Source: Neoechinorhynchus agilis (Eukaryota > Animalia > Acanthocephala). From it: 64,000 bases of DNA. The notes below the pieces were generated by a model. That model was not told where the DNA came from, did no database searches, and was given only the letters and a program-made list of their open reading frames with translations. The stretch spans positions 5,393,489 through 5,457,488 of the forward strand of contig CM121342.1 in the NCBI GenBank assembly GCA_051530055.1, given 5' to 3'. Below are positions 35,149 through 47,306 of the stretch, piece after piece. Both the position numbers and the translations under genes were made by a program. How positions within the stretch are numbered: the stretch's first letter is position 1; the number at the start of each line of letters is the position of its first letter.

Positions 35149-38100
35149 ATGACTTCTCATATACCATCGTCCTCGTCTGATATGCTCTCAGCTGACGAAG
35201 ATTCAGTCGCCATGTGCAACACTCCGGGAGTATTAGGACGTCGGAGGATATTTCTGAATGTGGATCAAGGACCCAATGACTATTGCACCAACGCCATCAG
35301 GTCTAATTCACAACCGCTTTCGACTTTTCTTTATTATACACATTCAGTACCTGCAAATACACAACACTCACCTTCATGCCTCGTTTTCTCTACGAGCAGT
35401 TCCGCAAATATTCCAACGTATTCTTCCTTGCTATATCCCTTCTTCAGGTTTCTATTTTCACCTTCTTCGCTATTTTAACCCCGGATTTGTATTTAGCAAA
35501 TTCCTGATGTCTCCCCAACTGGAAGATATACCACGGCATTTCCTCTTATTCTCATTTTATGCTGTTCCGCCGTCAAGGAATCTCTAGAAGATATCGTATG
35601 TGTCCTCTTCTTCTCCCTTCCAAAGCAATTTTGAAAAAAAATAGAAACGAAGAATCGAAGACCAGAAGGTCAACAATCAACGAACTTTAGGTATTTGAGA
35701 AAGTTCGCTTTGGCGCTCATAATCGTACGTTTAAAGTGATGCGAAGCCATGGATGGACTTTTATTCGATGGATGGACGTAAGAGTTGGAGATGTTGTCAA
35801 ACTAGTCAATGGCGACTTTTTTCCTGCTGATACTCTAATCCTAAATTCGAGGTTAGATTATCTCGTCTCAACGTAATCTTTTGATTCGATTTTTCATCCA
35901 TCATAATCGATGAGTATGCTTAGATTCGTTATTTCGTCCCAACTCTACCTTGAACCTCGTCTATATTTTACACCAAAAGATTTATGCAAAATTCGTTCGA
36001 TTTAACTAAAATGTACTCCTCAATCTTCTACCATCAGTCCCTTTCCCACCTTATTTTCCGGAAATTAGTTTTTGTGAACTCATCGGTTATCGGATTTTAG
36101 CCGAAATCAGTATTTCGGATTGCACGTAAACTGTGTGGCGTTCATTAGAATCCGTTTCTTAGTGAACCGAACGGAATATGTTATATTGAGACATCCAATC
36201 TTGACGGAGAAACCAACCTGAAAATCCGAAAGGTAATTGATATTTGTGCTCCAAATCACGTCCATATTTAAGCTTAGTCCCCCCCACGCGTCGCAAAACT
36301 GGCGGAATCCGCACTCTCACTTAGGAATCTAAATGGCTACGTGGACGCTGAACCACCAAATAGACATTTGTACGAATTTGTAGGATTAATGAACATCTTT
36401 CCAGACGGACCGAAGATTCCACTCGGTCCCGACCACATCTTGCTCCGTGGATCACAGCTCCGTAATACCAACTGGGCATACGGAATCGTCTTATACACTG
36501 GGCACGAAACAAAGCTCATGATGAATTCACGGTCCATACCGTCGAAAATGTCAAACCTGGAACGAATGGTAAACAAACAAATCGTACTAATGTTTACCGC
36601 CTTGCTCGTGATCGCTTGTTCGTGTACGGCGGCTGCGGTCATGAGTCGGAACAAAAATAGTCATCGCTGGTATGCACCGGTGGCTTCGACATTGAACATC
36701 AAGTCAGAAGAAGGATCCCTATGGGAGATTCTAATGAATTTCCTTACTTTTATAATCCTCTATAACAACCTCGTACCGATTTCACTTACGGTCACTGTCG
36801 AAATAGTCAAATTCGTCCAAGCACTCTATATAAACTGGGACTTGGAAATGTATGACGACGTTACGAACACTCGGGCACTTGCTCGGACGTCAAATCTGAA
36901 CGAGGAACTTGGTCAAGTACGATTTATTTTCTCGGATAAAACGGGAACATTAACCAAGAACATAATGGAGCTTCGAACTATTGCATGCGAGGAAAGCGAT
37001 GGTTCTCAGTACGTTTTAAAGTTTGTTTCTGTGCCCCCATGAGTTCTTGGCTTCAAAATTCGCCCGTAGCTTAAACGATTTTGATACAATGAGAAGATTT
37101 ATTAGTGTCGCCTTGGAGGTTAGTTTGTAAGCTTTTTCTCTCACTCGAAGACTTTAATGATTTAGTCCACAAACACATCTTCAAATCTAAAGCATTTCCT
37201 TTAAACTAGAGCAAGTCTCCAAATCGAATGGGTGCTCTCAGCGAAATATCCTACATTTTTCTCTAATTTTTGCCATAACTTGTTTCAAAAAAAGAAGGAT
37301 GATCGACTCGATCTAATTTATTTTTGAACAATAGAAAATATATATATGGTTAGTCGTGAAAAAGGAAGTTTTATTGTATAAAACTGCAATGTAAAAGACA
37401 GTGAAAAGGGGACAACGAAGCTATTGTCTCGATGTAAACGGCGCCACTATTAGTATCGTAAAATCTTCTCTTCAAACAGATCTCATTGTTAGCGGCGGGG
37501 CATTAGTGAATGCGTAGCTAAGGTTAAGTTGTCTGCAGGTTAAAGAATTGCGCCATTCACGTGGACTTTTGGAACGGAGACTTGGTCTCTTACTGCATTT
37601 TGGCTTGTCATACGGCAGTTCCTACATTGTCTCCGGCTTCCTTCGAGGATGTGGTTGATGGTGCATTCCAGCCAAGTGGTATACAGTATCAGGCATCGTC
37701 ACCGGACGAGCACGCTATTCTAAACGCTTTTCGTCAATTCAATCTTCTGGTCATTGAACGCAGCTACGACTTCCTTTCTATAGATCTAAATGGCAAAATA
37801 GTCAAGTTCAAGCTCTTAAACGTTCTCGAATTTACCAGGTACTCGTTTTTGTAGTTTATTGGGATTTTTTATACTCTGCACAACAAATAGCGCACGGAAA
37901 ATGATGAGTGTAATCGTTCAAAATTGCGAGTCAAACGACATCTTTCTTTATTGTAAAGGAGCGGTATTTATCGTCGAAACACAATTAGTGTTCATCTCTC
38001 TCTCGTGTGTGTGTGAACCTTAGGACGACGTAGTTTGTGAGAAAAGTTCCTTCGACAAATTCGGAATGCATTTTCTCCAGGCGTCATTAACCCAGTTTGC

Positions 38101-41100
38101 AGAGAAAGGTAACGCCTTAATCCGTCTTTCATAGATTATTCCGTTTTATTAAGGACTAAGAACCCTTTGCTTTGCCTATCGCATCATTACCAAGTCCGAA
38201 TATGATTTGTGGAATGAACGGCTGAACGAAGCACAAACTGCTGTTGTAAATCGCGAGAAGCACTTATATCAAGTTATGAGCGACATTGAGCGTGATCTCA
38301 ACATCGTCGGAGTAACGGGAATCGAAGATAAGCTCCAAGAGGTCCAAAAAACAACTCCCTCCCGTCTTCCATCGTATTTCTCGTTAGGGCGTTCCTGATT
38401 CCATCAAAATCCTACGGGAAGCAGGTATCCAGCTATGGGTGCTAACAGGCGACAAAACTGAAACTGCTATTAATATCGGATATTCGTGTGGCATTCTGGA
38501 TCGCGACGCAAAACTTCTCGTACTTGAAGATGCAGACAAAACCGCATTTGAGCAAAGCTTAGATACTCTTAAAAGTATTTTGGACGAATCTACGTCCGTG
38601 TGTCTTGTGCTTTCAGGACGGGCCCTCGAACTTGTATTCGCCGATGTTGATATAAGCACTGGATTTGTCCAATTGGCTGTAAAATGCAAATCAGTTCTAT
38701 GTTGCAGAGCAACCCCTCGACAAAAAGCCACCGTGGTTGATGCCGTCCGTAAAACAACTCGAAAAATAACTTTGGCAATTGGCGATGGTGCCAACGATGT
38801 TGCCATGATACAGGTTAGCATACAAAGATTCTCAAAGATAATGCAACCACATAATTTGTTTACTTTGTCGTGTTCATTTCTGGTGCTCTGAGATCTAAAA
38901 ATCAACATTTATCCACTAACCAAACATTTTCGTATCTGTTAGCTTTCAAAAGTGCCGATACTGTTTCTGGAGAATGTTTATAAAAAAAATCATTTCGGTC
39001 ATAGTGTGATTATCGATTGAGTAGTTTTCAAAAAAAAAGAACAGTTTGAGAAACCAAAGCAGGCCCAATTTTGATTGTATCAAAAAAATATGGCGCGTTT
39101 ATTTGAACAAAATTGGATTTGATTGTGTGTTTTTAGAATAAGGTCATTTTTAGGCAGCTCATGTGGGTATTGGGATTCATGGTCGAGAAGGAATGCAAGC
39201 GGCATCCGCGAGTGATTATTCAATCGGGCAGGTAAATCTTTTGTTCGAATATGTTACAAGAAATCCCAAAGTTTCGGTTCTTAATTCGTCTCTTACTCGT
39301 CCATGGTGTATGGAACTATCGGAGACTTTGCAAAGTGATCTTATACTGCTTTTATAAGAATATTTGCCTTTACATCATCCAGGTCTGTTTTCTCAATTTT
39401 ATTTTGTCTTATTGAATGACCGTTCACTGACAGCTTTGGTTTGCGTTCTATTCTTCTTTTTCGGGACAGGTTCTTTTCGAAAGATGGTCAATTAGCGTTT
39501 ACAATGTCGTAAGTGCTCATACCTTCCATTGATGATTAATTTAACTTGGACGTAAAGATATTCACTGCGGCTCAACCAATCGCTATTGGTATTTTCGATC
39601 GATCCATGGATGCACAGACAGTCATCAAACATCCGTTGATTTACAAAAGCACCCAGAATAAAGAAGATTTTAATTTTCGGGTAAATTCGTACATTTTATT
39701 CTATATGATAATTTGTAGGTATTTTGGACGTGGATCTTGAATGCTGTCTATCACTCAATTGTACTTTTCTATTCAATACAGTCAGTCCTATCGAAAGGTA
39801 ATTTTCAGACATTCATTTTCCTTTAAAATCAACTTCGAACCAAATCTTTCAATGAATCCATCAGGGAACTCCTTTTTAGAAATCCATATGAAAAGCACTA
39901 CAGTGTTTTAACCCCCATTTTTTTAATCAGGTAAACGCATTTTTAGTGGCATTTTTATCTATTGAGCAATGTGCTTGAATTGGCCATTGAAGATAAAGTA
40001 TCATCGAAAATAAAGTAGATTGCTAAAATATTTATTTACGCTCTGATAAATGCAACAAGATTGATAAGAATTCGTTTTCGGTCGAAAGCGACAAACGCCA
40101 AGTAGGGATAAATCTGCTTCAAATGCTCCGCTGACCTTCGCGAAATTTCCCTGTAAAGTCGGTTCAACAAAGCAATAATTGATCGCTTTTTTAAGATTGT
40201 ATATGGTTCAGTGGTCACACTCTGGGTAGCCATTTGTTCGTTGGCAGCGTTGTTTACACGGTTAGTTCAATTCGGTCCGCAGCTGATTTCCTCGTACCGA
40301 ACAACAGTTTGTCGTGATCACAGTCAGCCTAAAAGCTGGTCTGATGTGCGAATCATGGACAGCGGTAGGAACATACTTTTTCTAGCTCTAATAACATTAA
40401 ACTTCTAAAAGATGGTTCATGTTTCCATTTGGGGCAGCATACTCGCCTGGCTCGCGTTTCTCATTCTTCATAGCAGCGTAAGTTACTTCTTTCCTGGACG
40501 AGTTTTGGACATGTTCGGCGTTGTAAGTAGATTATTTACACTTCGAGCAAAACAAACTAATGCTTCTTCATCTAGGGTCAACGAATACTCTTGAGCCCTT
40601 TATTCTACCTCCTTCTCTTAATAATCCCTTCCATGACTTTATACGCAGATTTCGTTTAAGCCAGCGATTCTCACATGCCTCCACCCTCATTTTCTCTCCT
40701 TTTTGCCATTGCTGAGAATCGTTGGTGAACGCAGTGTTCCAAAGGACTTTCTATCCCAATCGAATTCAAGTTATCCAATCAAAAGAGAGATCAGCAAACA
40801 ATTTTGGTCGAGCAAATGAATCTGTGCCACTAAAACATCTTCCTGCTGACATTGCTAATCGTATGAATCAGAAGTTCTCTCGAATTCGAACGGTGTTCAA
40901 TCGAAAGTCGAACTCAGGCGCTAAAGCTAACATCGCTGCCGGCACTGATAATGTTTCTTACAGTAGGTTCTTGAGTTTCGCTAACTTGATTTCGATTCGA
41001 ATTAGGAGGGTTTGCGTTTTCCCAAGAGGAGAACGGCGTTGTGCTTCAATCACAAGTGGTCCGTTCATATTGCACTTCGACATGCAGGCCCAGTCCCACG

Positions 41101-41205
41101 CTTGCTGGATCAGCCCATGTGAACAAACTCTGTCCGACTATAAGTTCTGCTGGATCATCTTCTAGTGAAAACGACTCCCGTACACGTCTTCTATCGAAAA
41201 AATAA
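35149..41205 (+). CDS. ATP8A1: P4-ATPase phospholipid flippase (ATP8A type), more than 20 exons
   Basis: [71 protein letters not shown]. Introns traced are GT-AG except 40658-40728. Confidence 0.93.
40658..40728 (+). other. Non-canonical stem-closed intervening sequence in the flippase (71 nt)
   Basis: Stem CCAGCGATTCTCA(40661-73)/TGAGAATCGTTGG(40713-25) with one G-U; flanks TA...AA. Removal gives YADFVYAVFQRT; the nearby GT-AG pair is out of frame. Confidence 0.8.
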
Positions 41206-41259
41206 ATGTTTTTTTTCTGAAGAATTGTAGTAACATTCTTTTAGACGCTAGTATTTTAG

Positions 41260-42150
41260 ATGCCATCCAATCAAAATGTATTCCTATTCGTACCTAACTT
41301 AATCGGTGAGTCGTCCTAAAAAAAGGGGGCGGTTAAAAAAAAGAAGAACCAATGTGGATTAGCTTAGGTCTAACCAACATTAATCCTTTCAGGTTACCTC
41401 AGAGTCCTTCTTTTACTCGTATTTTTACTGTTATCTCGGCACAATTGCCCAGTAGCCTTAGTTGCCTATGTGTTCAGTGTCGCCCTGGACGGCATTGATG
41501 GAATAGTAGCTCGTCGTCTTGATCAATGTAAGTTGAAAAAAAAGAAGAAACTTATTGCATCGGCCTTTAGGTTCGGATTTTGGCATCATGGTCGATATGG
41601 TCATCGACCGTTGTACCAGCGGCTGTTTGTGTGGAATCATCGGAACACTATTTCCCAATTATGGCATTGGATTCATTCTATGGACCTCACTGGACTTTGC
41701 GTCCCATTGGTTTCATCTCCACAGGTGAGATCGGGGGTTCTCTCTTCTTTAAAGTAAACTTTCGCCCCGTCAGCTGTACGGTCACTGGACTCGGCTCACA
41801 CAAAGACTCCATTTCGTTCTCAAATGATATTCTGAAAACTTACTACTCAGAAAAGGTAAATACTCGGTTTTTGAAAGTTAAACACTTGGCATGCGTTTTT
41901 CTTAAAGCAGAAAATCATGATGCCTCTAGCAATCGGAACTGAAGTATTTCTTCTTTCAGTCTACATCTTGGCGTTCACTGAAGGAGCGCTCTACCACGCT
42001 ATTATGGTAATCGGAACAATGACCCTGCCGTTGTTTGTCGCAAAGACCGTCGTAAACATTATACAACTCATGCAAGCGAGCATTCGACTCGTCCGCAGTC
42101 AATACCGATCTTCGTCGACCTCACTTTTGTTGTCTGAAAAAGAAAATTGA
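41260..42150 (+). CDS. CDIPT: Phosphatidylinositol synthase (CDP-alcohol phosphatidyltransferase), 5 exons
   Basis: NVFLFVPNLIGYLR, LDGIDGIVARRLDQCSDFGIMVDMVIDR, LDFASHW, GSHK; four GT-AG introns. Confidence 0.93.
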
Positions 42151-42168
42151 TGCTTATTTATTATTTTG

Positions 42169-42414
42169 TCACAACAACTTTGGCTTCCATTTTAAACGTT
42201 TCATCAGTGCACGGAGCTCTTTGTTGATCCGCTCAAAATTCTCGTCATCGTTCAAGTAGTCGTCAACGTCTTCGTCCATAACGTAGTCGTCCGAGAAATA
42301 CTTCTTATCCTGACGAACGATTACACGGATCTCTTGAGCAGTGAGTCGCGAGGAAATAGTTGATGAAAGTGGCGTACATATCATGATAATCAACAAAAGC
42401 CACAGACGAGCCAT
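42169..42414 (-). CDS. Small putative secreted peptide precursor (81 aa)
   Basis: ATG start, hydrophobic signal-like MARLWLLLIIMICTPLSS, acidic core, KK and KR dibasic sites. Family not recognised. Confidence 0.5.
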   Translation of the reverse strand: MARLWLLLIIMICTPLSSTISSRLTAQEIRVIVRQDKKYFSDDYVMDEDVDDYLNDDENFERINKELRALMKRLKWKPKLL

Positions 42415-42839
42415 GTTTGCAATTTTTAAACGTACCTTTCTTTTACAAAGACGACTGGAGGTTGTTATGGTGACCGCTAAGTCTAACTTGATCTTAAATT
42501 TGCTGCAATATACCGCTTTAACATTGTCCTTAATGGATTGAAGCAGACAGATAAAAAAATTGAAGCAGCCTTAGTTTAGACACAAATCCACGCCGCGATA
42601 AGAAATAGAATTTAAAATATCTAGCCGAAAAAAGATCATGATAAAAAAATTATTCCTGGACCCCCTTCGAAAAACAATTTAAAAATAAAAAAAATTATTC
42701 TTCGCCCAACCCTTTCAAAAAACTAAAAGAAATGAAAAAACGAAAAAATAATCCATTAAAAAAATTATTACTGAACCCCTATTGCAAAATTTTTTTAAGG
42801 CGATAAAGGAATTTTAATAATAAAGTACAAAACGTGCAA

Positions 42840-43545
42840 TCACCACCGTCCGCAAAATCGAAGCTTCTCTCTTTCATCGGCTGTCGTTATCGCGCTAGCA
42901 GCATTGCTGTCACCGGTCGTTTCTCTCAATTTCTTCGAGAGATCCGGGAGCAGAGTGCCGAGCTGCCAAGCGCTCAATACGTCTCTACCCCAAAGGGGAC
43001 AAAATAGTGGGCCCTTGCTAAATCCCTATATTTTCGTACCTTCCTCCCTTCCGTTGCAATGGTTGCACCTCCAGCGGCTTCGAGAGAATAGAGAATGTTG
43101 CTTACTGCGAGGATGTCCAAACACGTGGCGTCCCAGAGAAGACATTTGCCCTCCCGCCACTTAAAGACCGAAATTCCGTCAGGTCGACAAAGATGGGCGG
43201 GTTCCAAGATGTTCAGGAAGTTCACCGTTTTCAATGCCCGAGAAATTGCGCTATCGATCTCAGAATGGCGTGAGAACCTTAGTCCTGACTTTCGGCCAAC
43301 GAGACCGTGTCGCCCGAAAGCATCAACCAAAGACCCACAGACCAAGTCTTAAGGACACTGCGATCCTCGTTACCTCATCAGTAAGAAGATTTCCCACAGA
43401 TGCCAGAGGAACAGCCTCCAACCACGTACCCGATTCTCGCGTTGAAACTGCCAACAATCTAGCTCGGACGACCCCATCGTGAGAACCTGAAAGTAGAGAG
43501 CTCTCGCGACGAGAGATCTGTCCCAGATCGACTGTCTGAGGCCAT
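42840..43545 (-). mobile_element. About 700-bp CRE-clade retrotransposon derivative (3' RLE region)
   Basis: Encodes ARLLAVSTRESGTWLEAVPLASVG and HGLVGRKSG..RHSEID..LEPAHLCRPDG..WREGKCLLWDATC..KVRKY..FVPFGVET, ending in the GNAAS-type tail. Confidence 0.9.
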
Positions 43546-43603
43546 TCACGGGAACATGATTAGCGCCTGTCTGCTGGCAACATTCTTTAACTGCCCCTAC
43601 AAA

Positions 43604-43898
43604 GTCTTGGTCAAACCGACGACACCGATTCCGTCCCCGAGCAATTCAAGGAGCTAATGGATGGGTTCGAGGCCGTTGCTCCAGGTCTGAAACTCGTGAC
43701 TCCAGAGCAACTCGACCTTCTGGGCAGTTGCGTCTTTGATTCAAATGTTAAAGCTGAGATCGGCCGTATCATACCGAAACTTTCGTTGCTGTGCGATAGG
43801 GTGAAAGCTCTCTCGGCGTTATTTCTGATAAAAAACGCACCCTTTATCCCCAAATTGTCTTCAAACATAAGGAAGGATTTGCTAAGCTCGACGGCAAG
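43604..43898 (+). CDS. Possible internal exon(s) of an unidentified gene
   Basis: Open frame QTDDTDSVPEQFKELMDGFE.. after an AG at 43602-03, with a GTGAGG donor at 43899. No family recognised. Confidence 0.3.
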
Positions 43899-43937
43899 GT
43901 GAGGGCTTGTCCCGAGCGTATTTTAAATGTCCAGCTT

Positions 43938-45812
43938 GATTGCACCGTTTTGTCAGGTTGCACCAGATCTTCTGATTGCACCGCTTTGTCAGGTTGCACC
44001 AGATCTTCTGATTGCACCGCTTTGTCGGGTTGCACCAGATCTTCTGATTGTACCGTGTTGTCGGGTTGCACCAGATCTTCTGATTGTACCGTGTTGTCGG
44101 ATTGCACCAGATCTTCTGATTGTACCGTGTTGTCGGGTTGCACCAGATCTTCTGATTGCACCGTGTTGTCGGGTTGCACCAGATCTTCAGATTGCACCGT
44201 TTTGTCGGGTTGCACCAGATCTTCTGATTGTACCGTGTTTTCGGGTTGCAACAGATCTTCTGATTGTACCGTTTTGTCAGGTTGCACCAGATCTTCTGAT
44301 TGTACCGTGTTGTCGGGTTGCACCAGATCTTCTGATTGTACCGTGTTGTCGGGTTGCACCAGATCTTCTGATTGCACCGTGTTGTCAGGTTGCACCAGAT
44401 CTTCTGATTGCACCGTGTTGTCAGGTTGCACCAGATCTTCTGATTGTACCGTTTTGTCGGGTTGCAACAGATCTTCTGATTGTACCGTTTTGTCGGGTTG
44501 CACCAGATCTTCTGATTGTACCGTTTTGTCAGGTTGCAACAGATCTTCTGATTGCACCGTTTTGTCGGGTTGCACCAGATCTTCTGATTGTACCGTGTTG
44601 TCGGGTTGCAACAGATCTTCTGATTGTACCGTTTTGTCAGGTTGCACCAGATCTTCTGATTGTACCGTGTTGTCGGGTTGCACCAGATCTTCTGATTGCA
44701 CCGTGTTGTCGGGTTGCACCAGATCTTCTGATTGTACCGTTTTGTCAGGTTGCACCAGATCTTCTGATTGCACCGTGTTGTCAGGTTGCACCAGATCTTC
44801 TGATTGTACCGTTTTGTCGGGTTGCAACAGATCTTCTGATTGCACCGTTTTGTCAGGTTGCACCAGATCTTCTGATTGCACCGTTTTGTCAGGTTGCAAC
44901 AGATCTTCTGATTGTACCGTGTTGTCGGGTTGCACCAGATCTTCTGATTGCACCGTTTTGTCGGGTTGCACCAGATCTTCTGATTGTACCGTGTTGTCGG
45001 GTTGCAACAGATCTTCTGATTGCACCGTTTTGTGGGTTGCACAGATCTTCTACCGTGTTGTCGGGTTGCACAGATCTTCTGATTGCACCGTTTTGTCGGG
45101 TTGCACCAGATCTTCTGATTGTACCGTTTTGTCGGGTTGCAGATCTTCTGTGCCGTTTTGTCAGGTTGCACAGATCTTCTGATTGTACCGTTTTGTCAGG
45201 TTGCACCAGATCTTCTGATTGTACCGTTTTGTCGGGTTGCAACAGATCTTCTGATTGCACCGTTTTGTCAGGTTGCACCAGATCTTCTGATTGTACCGTG
45301 TTGTCGGGTTGCACCAGATCTTCTGATTGTACCGTGTTGTCGGGTTGCACCAGATCTTCTGATTGTACCGTGTTGTCGGGTTGCACCAGATCTTCTGATT
45401 GTACCGTGTTGTCGGGTTGCACCAGATCTTCTGATTGTACCGTGTTGTCGGGTTGCACCAGATCTTCTGATTGCACCGTGTTGTCGGGTTGCACCAGATC
45501 TTCTGATTGTACCGTTTTGTCGGGTTGCACCAGATCTTCTGATTGCACCGTTTTGTCAGGTTGCACCAGATCTTCTGATTGTACCGTTTTGTCAGGTTGC
45601 ACCAGATCTTCTGATTGCACCGTTTTGTCGGGTTGCAACAGATCTTCTGATTGTACCGTGTTGTCGGGTTGCACCAGATCTTCTGATTGCACCGTTTTGT
45701 CAGGTTGCAACAGATCTTCTGATTGCACCGTTTTGTCGGGTTGCACCAGATCTTCTGATTGCACCGTGTTGTCGGGTTGCACCAGATCTTCTGATTGTAC
45801 CGTTTTGTCGGG
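43938..45812. repeat. 36-bp minisatellite, about 52 copies
   Basis: Unit GATTG(C/T)ACCGT(T/G)TTGTC(A/G)GGTTGCA(C/A)CAGATCTTCT, contiguous with no spacers. Confidence 0.97.
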
Positions 45813-47306
45813 TAATTGATTTCAGCTGTCAGACAATGCGCACCAACCTCAGTTCCTGATCGAGACGCTCCTTTTCGAAGGGACGTCGCGAGGTGGAAGA
45901 CGCGTTGGCCGAGGACAATACGCGGCCGAGGCAAAATACAGCGAACAGCAAAGCGCGGAAGAATCACGATGATAAGTCTGATGTCGGATTCCCATAATGG
46001 TGAGTCCACTAATGATTTTTCGACACAATGAAGGTACGATATTGATCGTCACATTTTTGGCCTTTATGGAATGGAATTTTGGGTTTAATTCTTTGTGTAA
46101 GCTGTAGTTTTACGGAGTAAATATTTATGATGGCGTGAACTGCGGCTTGGTTTCCCGGTTGCATGTTAAATCAATCTTTTTTTCATATATTTTCGTTCCG
46201 GTCGATAGTATTGAGCTGTGTGCTCGAATTAAACGTAAGTTCCGTTTTTCCGGTTAACGGATTGTTGAATATATTTCGATCTCGAAAGGGAAAGTTCACA
46301 TTTCCGCTCACAACACTCGTGGCGTTCTCCAGGCCGCTATTCATTATTGACCAATGTCTACGCCTATTCTATAGTAAATGTTCTCAGAGAATTTTTTTGT
46401 CTTATTGTTACTTCCACAAAAACACTTCTATCAAGATAGTCTCTTCCCTTGTAGCAACATCCATAATGCCCCATTCGTAATCTGCAGCCTACAAGAATGT
46501 TACCGCAATGTAAAGCAAGTTATTCGGGTCTTCCTCCTCCAGTCGTATATTTTGCCGTCAATCAATGCCGAGCGACAATTTCGATAATAAGCTAAGAACT
46601 CTTCTACAAGGTACAGTACACAAATATACATTTGTTCGGATTTTATCAGCAATTTTAAATCAGTCAAAAAACGTAAAATGCAAGAACGAAACTTAAGAAC
46701 GAGCTTCTTCAAAATAACAAATGCTATCGTTCCTTCTTACAAACTCATGAACAAATGAATAATATTTGATCCGTTTAGCCTCTCAAAAATTCTATTTAAT
46801 GTTTTCAGCCGTGAATTGCTTCTTCTTCTTTGTGTTTGCCAACTTTTGTCACCGTTTTTAAAGCTCACAAACACTTTGTATCCGCCGCCCAGCAGCGAGC
46901 GCCGAGCCTCTCAGGATAACGAGGGACCTTCGTCGAGCAAACTCAACTTGATGCAAAACATGCCCCAAAGTATACTTCAAACTCTCAGCGAGTCCGATTG
47001 AAGCGTCCGAACAAAACCATGGTTCTCAGACATCCGTGAACTTGTCAAAGTCGACTTAATTTCCGGCGATAGAAAGCTGTGAGCTTAATTGCATAGACTC
47101 GGATGGAAGCGCATGTTCACTATCTTGAGACAAAATGTTATTCCTCCAAGTAGGAGTCGATTGTTGATCTTGAATGCTCATATTCTGCCCAGTAGACCAT
47201 GAGCTTGGGGCGCCGTATCAATGGCGAATAGCGTTAGTCCCTAGAAGTGAAATCTCATTTCTGTCATGTTATAAAAAAGTAATGCATTAAGAAGAAACGT
47301 TGTTGT

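Noticed and set aside
37539-37593. Possible additional non-canonical mini-intron in the flippase
   Set aside because: No convincing stem or in-frame TA pair; an AAG acceptor at 37545 gives a canonical in-frame solution.
43938-45812. CRISPR array (36-bp repeat length)
   Set aside because: Units are contiguous with no spacers, there are no cas genes, and the context is eukaryotic.
43844-45859. Several long ORFs over the minisatellite called as genes
   Set aside because: A 36-bp unit without stops opens most frames automatically. Only the Cys frame is kept, as a low-confidence hypothesis.
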